Shown here piece after piece: positions 50,424 to 61,381 of a DNA stretch of 64,000 nt. The position numbers and the translations under genes are program-made. The stretch is from positions 97-64,096 of the forward strand of contig JAUCBJ010001257.1 of assembly GCA_032718475.1 (NCBI GenBank), read 5' to 3'. The DNA is from Nemertoderma westbladi (lineage: Eukaryota > Animalia > Xenacoelomorpha). Each line of letters opens with the position of its first letter. Positions within the stretch are counted from its first letter, which is position 1. The notes under the pieces are model-generated. The model was given only the letters and a program-made list of their open reading frames with translations. It had not been told where the DNA came from and made no database searches.

Positions 50424-51848
50424 TAGCAGGCCCCCTACTTCATATAGCAGGCCCACTAGTTAATATAGCAGGCCACCTAGTTAATATAGTAGGCCCCCTA
50501 GTTCATATAGCAGGCCCCCTAGTTCATAAAGCAGGCCCACTAGTTAATATAGTAGGCCCCCTAGTTCATATAGCAGGCCCCCTAGTTCATAAAGCAGGAC
50601 CACTAGTTCATATATCAGTCCCCTAGTTCATATAGCAGGCCCCCTAGTTCATATAGCAGGCCCCCTAGTTCATATAGTAGGTCCCCTAGTTCACATAGCA
50701 GGCCCCCTAGTTCATAAAACAGGCCCACTAGTTCATATATCAGTCCCCTAGTTCATATAGCAGGCCCCCTAGTTCATATAGCTGGCCCCCCAGTTCATAT
50801 AGCAGGCCCCCTAGTTAATATAGCAGGCCCCCTAGTTCATATAGCAGGCCCACTAGTTAATATAGCAGGCCCTCTAGTTAATATAGCAGGCCCTCTAGTT
50901 CATATAGCAGGCCCACTAGTTCATATATCAGCCCCCTAGTTCATATAGCAGGCCCCCTAGTTCATATAGCAGGCCCACTAGTTCATATATCAGCCCCCTA
51001 GTTCATAAAGCAGGCCCACTAGTTCATATATCAGCCCCCTAGTTCATATAGCAGGCCCCCTAGTTCATATAGCAGGCCCACTAGTTCATATATCAGCCCC
51101 CTAGTTCATATAGCAGGCCCACTAGTTCATATATCAGCCCCCTAGTTCATATAGCAGGCCCCCTAGTTCATATAGCTGGCCCCCCAGTTCATATAGCAGG
51201 CCCCCTAGTTAATATAGCAGGCCCCCTAGTTCATATAGCAGGCCCCCTAGTTAATATAGCAGGCCCCCTAGTTCATATAGCAGGCCCACTAGTTAATATA
51301 GCAGGCCCTCTAGTTAATATAGCAGGCCCTCTAGTTCATATAGCAGGCCCACTAGTTCATATATCAGTCCCCTAGTTCATATAGCAGGCCCCCTAGTTCA
51401 TATAGCTGGCCCCCCAGTTCATATAGCAGGCCCCCTAGTTAATATAGCAGGCCCCCTAGTTCATATAGCAGGCCCCCTAGTTAATATAGCAGGCCCCCTA
51501 GTTCATATAGCAGGCCCACTAGTTAATATATCAGTCCCCTAGTTCATATAGCAGGCCCCCTAGTTCATATAGCTGGCCCCCCAGTTCATATAGCAGGCCC
51601 CCTAGTTAATATAGCAGGCCCCCTAGTTCATATAGCAGGCCCCCTAGTTAATATAGCAGGCCCACTAGTTCATATAGCAGGCCCACTAGTTCATATAGCA
51701 GGCCCCCTAGTTAATATAGCAGGCCCACTAGTTAATATAGCAGGCACCCTAGTTCATATAGCAGGCCCCCTAGTTCATATAGCAGGCCCCCTAGTTCATA
51801 GAGCAGGCCCCTTAGTTAATATAGCAGGCCCCCTAGTTCATATAACAG
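50424..51848 (-). repeat. Second array of the 21-bp minisatellite, inverted orientation
   Basis: atatagcaggccccctagttc units. Confidence 0.97.
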
Positions 51849-53214
51849 CGATTCATTAGTAATAAATACTATTACTATTTAATAAAGGTTCTATACCTAT
51901 AATGATAACGGACAATCAACAAAACAATCCATCTAAGCACTTATTCCCAATTAACAGATTACAATTACATGTCACTATACCACATCATTACTCAATGTCA
52001 CATCACCACTGCCATTTCATTACATTTATAATTATATCAACAACCCAAAGACCATTTGCTATCATCTCATTTATAAAGCGCGATTTTATTGATGGAGATA
52101 AAATTATACCCCGTTATATTGAATATTCACCAAGCATCAACCTGAAAAGAACAAACCAACAACATCTATGGGAAATTTTTTAAAACGAATACACATGTCA
52201 ACTGTTGATTTATGACTCCAGCTAATGGACTATAAACAAACACCAGTGACTCGAATTACAGACCTTGCAACCACCACCCAATGCTCCCATTCCTACACCA
52301 TTAATGAAACACTCATAACCGACCTTAGGATTAGCCTCCCCTCCATTCCCCACACGGCGGGCAGCATTATTAGTCCTTCAGAATATGAGTCATCAATATC
52401 AAATACTGTCAACCCCTACAGGCAACAGACCAACTATCCCACTGACTTATACAAAATAAACCAATAATGACGAGAGCAATATATGAGATAGAGGTTACAC
52501 ATTTAATACTACTAACAATTAAACAACCCCCCCCCCCCCCCTTATACTACTAACTGTTAATACCCCCCTCCCCATCCTCTATCGCACTACGTCTACTACT
52601 ACAGTACTAACCGCGTCAAACAACAAACCCCTCGACCCCCCCCCCCCCCCCCCCTCTATCACTACTACTGGTGATAGTAGTAGTCTACTACTAACCATTA
52701 AACACACCCCCCCCCCCCACACCAACTACTGTAGGTCTACTACTAACCACTAAAGGGTAGTTGTGCGTGGTAGAACCGCCGTGACTCATCCTCAGAGGAT
52801 GTGGTGATTGGCAGGTTGACGCCTGTAGCATTATATATATATAAGATCATATAAGATCATGTAATATGAGTAAAATCATAAAAAATATATAACATTTTTA
52901 TGAAATTCAAACCACTATCACTGGACTGGACGGAGCTATTGAGATGCAGTTTTTTCTATGGTGGTTCTCCATTGTTTTATAAATATAATGATAGTAAATT
53001 TGAGCACCGGTGCCCAAAGGCATTCCCGCAACCGGCGCACAATCCGCAGTTGAGGAACTGCACAGGAATGTTCACCAGTGCACAATCCGCAGTAACTAAA
53101 CGCCAAGCCCCAAATCCTGCCGCAGTCATGGAACAGCACATGGTTGTTCACTGGTGCACAATCCGCAGTAACTAAGAACCAGTGGTTTCGGAGCCGCAGC
53201 TAACGTGTTTTAAC

Positions 53215-53515
53215 TACATAAACCAATATTGGATATTGAGTTCCGTTTTGGAGTTCGCCTTGTAGACACTAAAGTTGTAATAACTTCTGAGTTTGTAATT
53301 GGATTTTGCTCAAATTACGTGGAAACCTTTTCTAATTTGATGTTCTTTCAACACATACAATAAAATTTAAGAAATTCCACCAAAAATATTTTACTTCACT
53401 TTTTTCGCCGGGAAAAAAAGCCAAATCAATGCAATCCTATTCCTATGGGTTGCTTTTTTCCCAGGGGAAAAACTCCCGATTTTGGGGTATATTCGAGCGA
53501 AAAAGTAATAATTTA
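53215..53515 (-). mobile_element. Interspersed repeat, copy 2 (inverted relative to 43412-43703)
   Basis: tacataaaccaatattggata..., ctcccgatttt(g)gggtatattcga. Confidence 0.65.
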
Positions 53516-53679
53516 AGAATATTTTTGTAAATATTAGTTTAAAAAAACTCCATTGTGTGTATTTGAGAAAATTAGAAAATTTTTTTTTTTTTAAGCAACA
53601 AACTTATTATCCTAGCGCAAATTAATTAAATATTTATTAGTTTTTATTCTACTATGCGGGTTAATATATATTTTATTAC

Positions 53680-53998
53680 CTTACGATGTTTAGCGGCGTT
53701 CCTACTGGACTCGAAATGGTTCATCTCGTAGACGATCTGGTTGAGAATTCGGAGCGACACGCAGGCCAGTTCCAACTGGTCGTTGTTGTAGCACTGGATC
53801 AGGTAGGTGGTCACCTGTTCGGTAATGTCCCGGAGTGGGTACTGGTCGGGGTGCCCCCCTGGTGGGGACGACGTACGGGGGGACGGCTTGCTGTCGTACC
53901 AGGAGAGCTTGGTGATCTTAGCCAGGAGACCCACGAGGGTGGTGGAGACGTAATGGACGAGGTTGGGGTTCTGGACGAGGTAGTTGAGAACGTAGTTC
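53680..53998 (-). CDS. XPO7: Exportin-7, most upstream exon found; earlier exon(s) not seen in the window
   Basis: ctacag|G NYVLNYL..LLAKITKLSWYD..AAKHRK|gtaata joins VSASFRD in frame. Confidence 0.9.
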
Positions 53999-54611
53999 CT
54001 GTAGTAACAACAGTTATTAATATTGATACAAATAAAATAAAAATAGTATTTAATCTTAATACATTATATTAAAAACTAACTCCAAACTCAAATAGGCCTA
54101 TGTGCTAAGCAGCCAAGTAAAGAGTACGTAGGCCAACCTGATATCAATCTTTGCTTCTAGATGCAATGTAGCAGTTGTACCGGTAAGCAGTTTGGTTAGA
54201 GAAGACGAGGCCAACATTTGGGAATAAGGAGAGGATTTGGTCTCTAGAAGCATCTAGGGAGGGAGAGATATTGGTTGGTCGAAGATGTAAACAAATATAA
54301 ACTGTTAAATAGAAGCCAACATGCACAGGTCAGCAGGTGTGAAGGTGAATCCTTCGCTCACAGGCCCAAGATGCCAAGTGTCAGCGACCTGCAACGACTA
54401 TGGGCAGATGGAATGCGTTGCCATCCAGTCATCTGATATAAAAACGCCCCAATAATCGAGAAATTTAAAGTAAATATAAATAAATATATAATAATAATAA
54501 TAAAGTAAATATAGTCCTATACTTCAGTACTTGCCCAATAAAGTGGTTGACAGTTGAGAAAAACTCTAAGGCTTACTGCTGTACTGGCTTTACTGCTATC
54601 TGGCTATACAG

Positions 54612-56771
54612 CATGGCCGGCGCCAGGATTTTTCTTGGGGGTGCAGATGTTGAAAAAGCGGACCTTTTTTGTTACCATCGAAACAAAAATATTACACATT
54701 GCTGCATTGCACCGGTATCAGTTTAGGCCGCTAACCTAGAAAATTTTACACTTTGTATCAGATAGTTAGAAAAAAGTTAGAGTGAACCTATTAAATGATA
54801 TGATTGAATGATACTAAATTATGGACGCAATAAAAATTCATCCCTCTCCAGGGGAAATTCCGACACAAATAAAGTCTGATTACTCTCAAAAATAAAACTG
54901 TAACCTGTACTATTGTGTTTAGTTTATTGTTTTGGTTGAAATAACGTGCCACTCTAACCTGCTCCTTTCCCTAAATTGAGAATTTAACATTGAGGCGGGA
55001 CATGAATTCGCCAAGGCGGGTTTTGCGTTTCCTTCCTGTCTCCAACAAAGTATTTTGATTTTGATATAATAAACCCACCAGTATTCTAACTTATACTGTG
55101 AAATACTTCTACACATTCAAATTAATAAATTTAAAAAATACTTAAAAATCTTACTTAAAAAATATTTAATTCAACAATAAAACAACCTAGACTTTAATTT
55201 GGTTGAACAAATGGTTGATTACTGCAGACTGCTACCGGAATATTGGATGGAGTGAGTAAAACGGAATAGGTGATTTAATTAGATCGGATTTTAATCAACC
55301 TTGATTTAACCCTATCTGGCCCGGGCTATTTGACAACGTAATTGGCGGTGCCATTGGACTTGGACATGGACTCAGAGGAGATTCTGGTAGTTGGTGGATG
55401 TACAGTAGATTGTGTTTCTATTATGACAGTAGGATTCGTTGCGACAGGTATGGGACTGGAACTACCACTTGTCTGGTAGTTTCGCTTAGGCTCAGGGAGC
55501 GCTGAAAAATAGCTTCCAATAACGTTGGTTCCCTCAGCAGCCCTTTTTAACAACCGCTGCTTATTTTGTTGACGCCCTGGCATACCGGCACTTATATAGT
55601 AAGTCAAGCCTATAGGCCCGATACAAAGAAATAAATAATATAATGGAAGAATCAAGAATAGCCTAATAATTACCGGGCCTGCTGGACTATCTGACTATAA
55701 ACTAGAACTGTAGCCTTAGCCTAAACGGCACTTATATGACATCGGGCACGCACTTACATTTTCAATTTTTAAATCAGTATTTTATGTAAAACGGTACCGG
55801 TATGCATTGTAAATTTATGAATCATAATGTTACATTTTTTTTAAAAAAAATTTGTTCTAGAACAAAAATATTTATCAAGATTGATAGTTTACATAACACG
55901 TAATTTTAAAATGTATGTAATGTACCCATGTCGTAGGCCTATAAGTGCCGCCTGAACTACTGCATCAGAAAGTTCAGAATGCGACAAGTTATGTGGTGCA
56001 ATAAAAAATAAAACCTGGAGGTGGTTAGGGTTACAGTTACCAGTAACAGGTATGCCTAAACTGGTAAAAATGCAGAAATGTGATTTGATGGTTGGTTACG
56101 GTACCGTACCCATGCAGCTAAACTTAGATTTTAGGCAATCGCATCTTACAGCCTATAATAATTCAGGAAAATCGGCTGATTATAACAAAATCAAACCAGC
56201 TATTTAGTATAAAAGTATACAGGTAGTAGGACAGTACTGGTGGTCTGGTATTGCTACCAGTAGTATACTAAGGTTGAATTGAATTGCCGACCTATTGTCT
56301 GTTAGTTGCTTGTTGCTGCTACCCGTACATAAAAGTATACAGGAAGTAGGACAGTACTGGTGGTCTGGTATTGCTACCAATAGTATACAAAGGTTGAATT
56401 GAATTGCCGACCTATTGTCTGTTAGTTGCTTGTTGCTGCTACCTGTACTAAACACTAAACCGAAAGTAAAATGAACTAAACATTGAAAATATATAAATAA
56501 CTTGCAGGTAATGTAATATAGGTGTAGTGTGTAGTGGTATCGGTATGATGTTCACTGTTGACAGCAAGTAATACCAGAAGACCCAGTAATATAAATGGAC
56601 AGAAATCTGATTAGAATAAGATTCAAGTGACTGTGTGTTCTTTTGGTTTAATAATTACACAACAATTTTTGTATTAGTCCACAATGAAAATATATTCATC
56701 CAATTGCGGACCTTTTCTCACTTTTTGGGGGGTGCAGCTGCACCCCTTGCACCCCATTGGCGCCGGCCATG
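54612..56771. mobile_element. Non-autonomous hAT transposon, 2160 bp
   Basis: 14-bp TIR catggccggcgcca / tggcgccggccatg with exact 8-bp TSD ctatacag; internal ~120-bp tandem duplication (about 56210-56450); possible transposase N-terminal relic at 55326-55583. Confidence 0.9.
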
Positions 56772-57242
56772 CTATACAGCTATAGGCCTTTGTGCTTTGC
56801 CTTGCTAAAAGTTCAGAAGTTACGATAGAAACTCTCATCAGCCTATGACAGTATGATTGAGATTGTTTTGACTGACATACCGCAGTACCGCTGTACGGCC
56901 TGTCTGTCTGTACCGGTCAGCCGGTAGGCTAGCCTAGCCTAATGGTAATGACATTGTATTTTCTAATAAGTTTATATTTCTATACAGCTATCTGGCTATC
57001 AGGCTATAGCATAGGCCTAGGGCCCTAGGCACTATGCATTTTTATATTGTTTACGCCTGCCTATAGCCTACAGCAAGCTATAGTGTATAGGCCTACATCT
57101 GTCAGTCTGTACATTAGGCTATTCCATATTCTGATCTTGGCACTTGGTCCTTAATCAATTAAATTCAATTTAAATTTAGCTATATCGGGATCGGTTAACA
57201 TAACCCAACCCCTAACTGCCCAAACGAAACCCACTGCAGCAC

Positions 57243-58181
57243 CAGGGTTGGCAACCAATGGTTTTTCTCACCATTGGTTTTTTATGGTTTTTTGGTTTAA
57301 CCAACTTTTAAAAAAAGGCGAAAAAATTGGTTTTTTATGGTTTTTTATGGTTTTTCATAAAATTTTACAATTAACGCTGTAAATAATATAAAGCAGACTG
57401 GTAGTGGCATTTCTTTTTCATTTTGCACTGTTAGAAGGAAAAAATTTCGCTCACTTTGAGTTTTGCTCGCGTTTCTTTTATCTTACATTTTGCACTGTTC
57501 AGCTGTTAGAATGGACAAATTTCTCTCACTTTGAGTTTTGCTCGCGTTTCTTTTTCATCTGTTCATTTTGCAATGTTAATGAAAAGGTTTTGCTCGCTTC
57601 GCTGGCGTATGTTTCTCGTTTACATTGTTAAAATGTGGTGTGCGCGTTTTTTTTCGGTGCATGCGCGGTAGGTATATTGTCCAATATTGTGGGGCTGAAA
57701 AATTGTGCGCAGGCGTTGTGCGCGGTTCAGTGGTGGTTTGCAGCCTGGCGTGCAGTGGAGCAGTGCAGACGTCTGGACGCTGGTATGCATTTTTTCGTTG
57801 TATGTTGCTAGTATTTTGTCACATGCTGACATGGCTGCATGTGGCATGGGCTGCAATGGGTTGGATGAGAGTAAGGACAGAACAGAACAGCAGAAGAAAC
57901 GCTTCAAACCAGCATACTGTATGTGGCCTTATTCAGTTATTCCAGTATTTTGTTCTATTGTATTGGGCAAGCGCAAGCGCAAGCAGGCAAGGGTTGTACT
58001 GTCAGACTGTTGTATGTAGGCCCTACATTTGTATGTATTGCTGTATTGGATTTAATTACTGAATTAAACCACAGAAAAACCATAAAAAACCATAAAAAAC
58101 CGAAAAAAACCATAAAAAACCAAACAATAAAACCAAAACCAAAAATTTTTTTTCAAAAAACCATGGTTTTTGCCATCCCTG
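57243..58181. mobile_element. hAT-type MITE, 939 bp
   Basis: TIR cagggttggcaa / ttgccatccctg, exact 8-bp TSD tgcagcac, subterminal ggttttttat / ataaaaaacc repeats. Confidence 0.9.
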
Positions 58182-58460
58182 TGCAGCACTGACTGCTGAG
58201 CTGACACTGACCCAGTTTATAAAATTAACTTACTTGGCATTGTTGTAAACAATCTGGCGAACTAACAAACTGATCTAAGGTTCGCTCCGCTTCGGCGCGC
58301 TGAGATGAATCGGTTGCTTCATAAAGTTGAGTGCAGAATGCCTCCATTTGTGCGGAATTCATATTGAATCGTTACTGTCAGACTGTACTGTGTTATGCCT
58401 ACCTGCCTACATACTGACATACAACCTGACAACCAGACAACTATGTTTGTCATCTGTGTA

Positions 58461-58882
58461 CAGTCAGGAACACTGGTCACAATATGTCCAATTTACAGCC
58501 AGAATGTGTCCGCGGAAAACGCTCTCAGAGTGAAATTTCTCCATAGAAAACAATGCTAAATTTCATTTGAAAACCGGCAGTGAAATTTTAACATTGGCAT
58601 TCTAAAAATTATGCCATTAGAATCGCCATAAAATTCTGTATAAATTAATTTGAGAATTAGAATCTCATCGTTGGGATAACTATCATAATATTAAAAATAA
58701 AAATGTGCCCAGCTTCTGCTTTGAGTACTATTGGAGTTACAGCCAAAATATGTCCGGAAATATAATCGCAGCCTGTCTGCCTGTGAAGGACAAATAGTGG
58801 CTGCACGGACACTTTCTGGCTGTGAATATGTGGACAATTTTTGGCTGAGCTTCAGCCAGAAAGTGACCAGTGTTCCTAACTG
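58461..58882. mobile_element. MITE with 20-bp TIR and apparent 5-bp TSD (gtgta)
   Basis: cagtcaggaacactggtcac versus gtgaccagtgttcctaactg (19/20 inverted match). Confidence 0.75.
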
Positions 58883-59239
58883 GTGTAGGCCTACAATATA
58901 GGCCTAACATTATAACAGCCTGATATGACAGCATGACAGGGACAGCATGACATGTGACAGGACAGGACAGCGGTGCAGACAGCCTACTGCAGTACTGTGT
59001 ACTGCAGTACTGTGTACTGCAGTACCGGTACTTGGTCTATGCCTGTATGCTTGCTTGTCAACTTGTCAGTATTTCATATTTCTGTCATTAACTGCTGATG
59101 CTGAACTGTATTACAATTACAGTCTTTGGTCTTAGCTCATTACTGCATTATACCGGTAAATCGTTCCGTCCTACGCTTAGCTACGCGTAGTTTACAACTT
59201 CCACTCCTGTCGATTACCGGTAGGTGGTAGGGCCAGGCG

Positions 59240-60070
59240 GGTGTTTGAAAAGGGTGGACTGAACGGTAAAACGAACTTAGATCCTGCAAGGCTTGACGTT
59301 GATGAACTTAGATCTTTGCGAACTTATAGGTCCTACTGTATATATATGCGAACATAGATCCTAACTGGGTGAACTTAGATCCTAACTGGGTAAACTTAGA
59401 TCCTAACTGGGTGAACTTAGATCCTAACTAGGTGAACTTTGATCCTAACTAGGTGAACTTAGATCCTAGCTACTGTAGGTGAACTTAGATCCTAACTAGG
59501 CGAACTTAGATCCCTCTTTATGGTAGGCTATTAAAAGCCTTTGTTAATCATCATGCTAGTTGCAAAGCGAACTTAGATCCAACTTGAAAACAAAGCGAAC
59601 TTAGAGAAGCGAACTTAGAGAAGCGAACTTAGATCCCACGTGTACTCTGCTTTGGCCGCGTTCTATCGATAATAATATTATAGTATATTGTGTACTGTGT
59701 TACATTAAGCATATAGTACATACTTATAATGATCTAATGCAAATAAGTCATACATTCAAAGTAGTTGCGATCAGTGACTCACCAACAAACTATATTTTGC
59801 CAATTAATAGCTAATTCGTTGCATCGTATTATGGTGGTAGGATCTAAGTTCGCTTCCCTGCAAGCGTCAGTAAGGTCCTGCGCTGGCCTATGGCTGTATG
59901 GGAATGACATTTCACATTAACACAGCCACGGTACAGCAATATTATTTATGGTGGGATCTGAGTTCATATGGGAAGGATCTAAGTTCGTAAAGGAAGGATC
60001 TAAGTTTGTATGGTAAGGATCTATGTTCACCCAAGATCTAAGTTCGTTCAGTGTACGCGCTTTTGAAGAC
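59240..60070. mobile_element. Foldback-like element with arrays of gaacttagatcc and inverted ggatctaagttc
   Basis: More than 10 forward motifs (59273-59636) and several inverted ones (59840-60046); imperfect TIR aaaagggtggactgaacg / cgttcagtgtacgcgctttt. Confidence 0.7.
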
Positions 60071-61381
60071 CTTTAGCAGTTTAACCTGCCAAAATTTATA
60101 TGTCTTTTGGTTTATAAATAGACTTTAGAAAATGACAAGTATTTAATACCAATAAACACAACATTAGCCGAAGCCAGCCTAGTGCGCGTCCATTCACCCG
60201 CTGGATATACCCGGGAGACTGGATTCGGAGGGCTTAGATTGTTATTGCAGTGTAAGCTTACTGTATTATTCGATTGATCGTTAATAAATAATTTCTGACT
60301 AATATTATTCACTTTCGGGAAATATTAACAGTTCCTTTAGGACGTGGCGCTCTATCTAGGTAAACAGAGATATGACTTATACTAAACACAACGGTAAGTC
60401 GGGAAGGCTTATGATTCACGTATGAGGCGCATTCTTTAGGAAATGCTTAGTTATCAGTCACAATCATGCACACTACCGGTAACACACAATGCTGCACACT
60501 AATCTGCCGACCGTCAATGAATTTTATCATATATAAAGAGAACAGCAATTGACTCATGTAGTGCTTATCAAATAGCATTAAATTCACTACAAACCACAAT
60601 AATATAAGTCGCAATCGCTATATGTAACCTGTCTCTCTAACCTGTAGTGTATCAAGAAAATTGGGAAATTTGGGTTCTTTATAGATGTTCTCCAAATAAT
60701 ATTCAACCAACTGATACAAAATAATAACAACAGTAAAAAGCATTAAGACGGTAGGTTAAGATATGAAATGACAATGTATGTGCCGTATTGATCGGGTTGT
60801 TATGTTATGATTGATATGATAACAGTTATACGCTCTATAATCTAAGCCTACTAATGTTTCTTCTAAAGTCTGAAACGAATTGACTCTAGAGTCGGTGTTC
60901 CTGGCCTAGATAGAAACAACACAACAGTATCAAGAAAAAACAGCTACTGTCCCTAACACCGTTGCAGGTATCTTTTACACAGAGAGGAATAGCTCTCATT
61001 GGCAGAACACCAGATTCAACAAGTTCCACGAATATCTAAATGCCGAACTATCAGGAATTTTGCAACCCTTGGCCAACACACAAAATGAGTCACTCCGCTC
61101 GGTTGTCCTGGTTGCATACTCTGCTGCTATAGCTCTGGTTGGCCGATAGAACATAGTAAAGAACCCCTCGTATAACAAATCAGCCAATCAGCCGGTCGCT
61201 TTGCATCATTCGAGTTAGAGAGCTTTTTAGAGTATTCCAGCGCCTGGGGGGAAACTGGATTGCAAAGCAAAAGGGCCAGTTATATCCCACAAAAGCTTTT
61301 ACACCGCTCCCAGAAAATGGGATTTGAGTCTATAAAATATACAAAATCACAGTTTCTAATATAGGTAAATACTCTAAACAG

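Larger units (their letters stand above)
48896..53213. mobile_element. piggyBac-like TIR pair enclosing an RTE fragment, a spacer and the 21-bp array
   Basis: TTAA-cacgttagctgcgg (48900-48913) and ccgcagctaacgtg-ttttaa (53194-53207) form a perfect 14-bp inverted pair; subterminal caatccgcag repeats. Confidence 0.6.
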
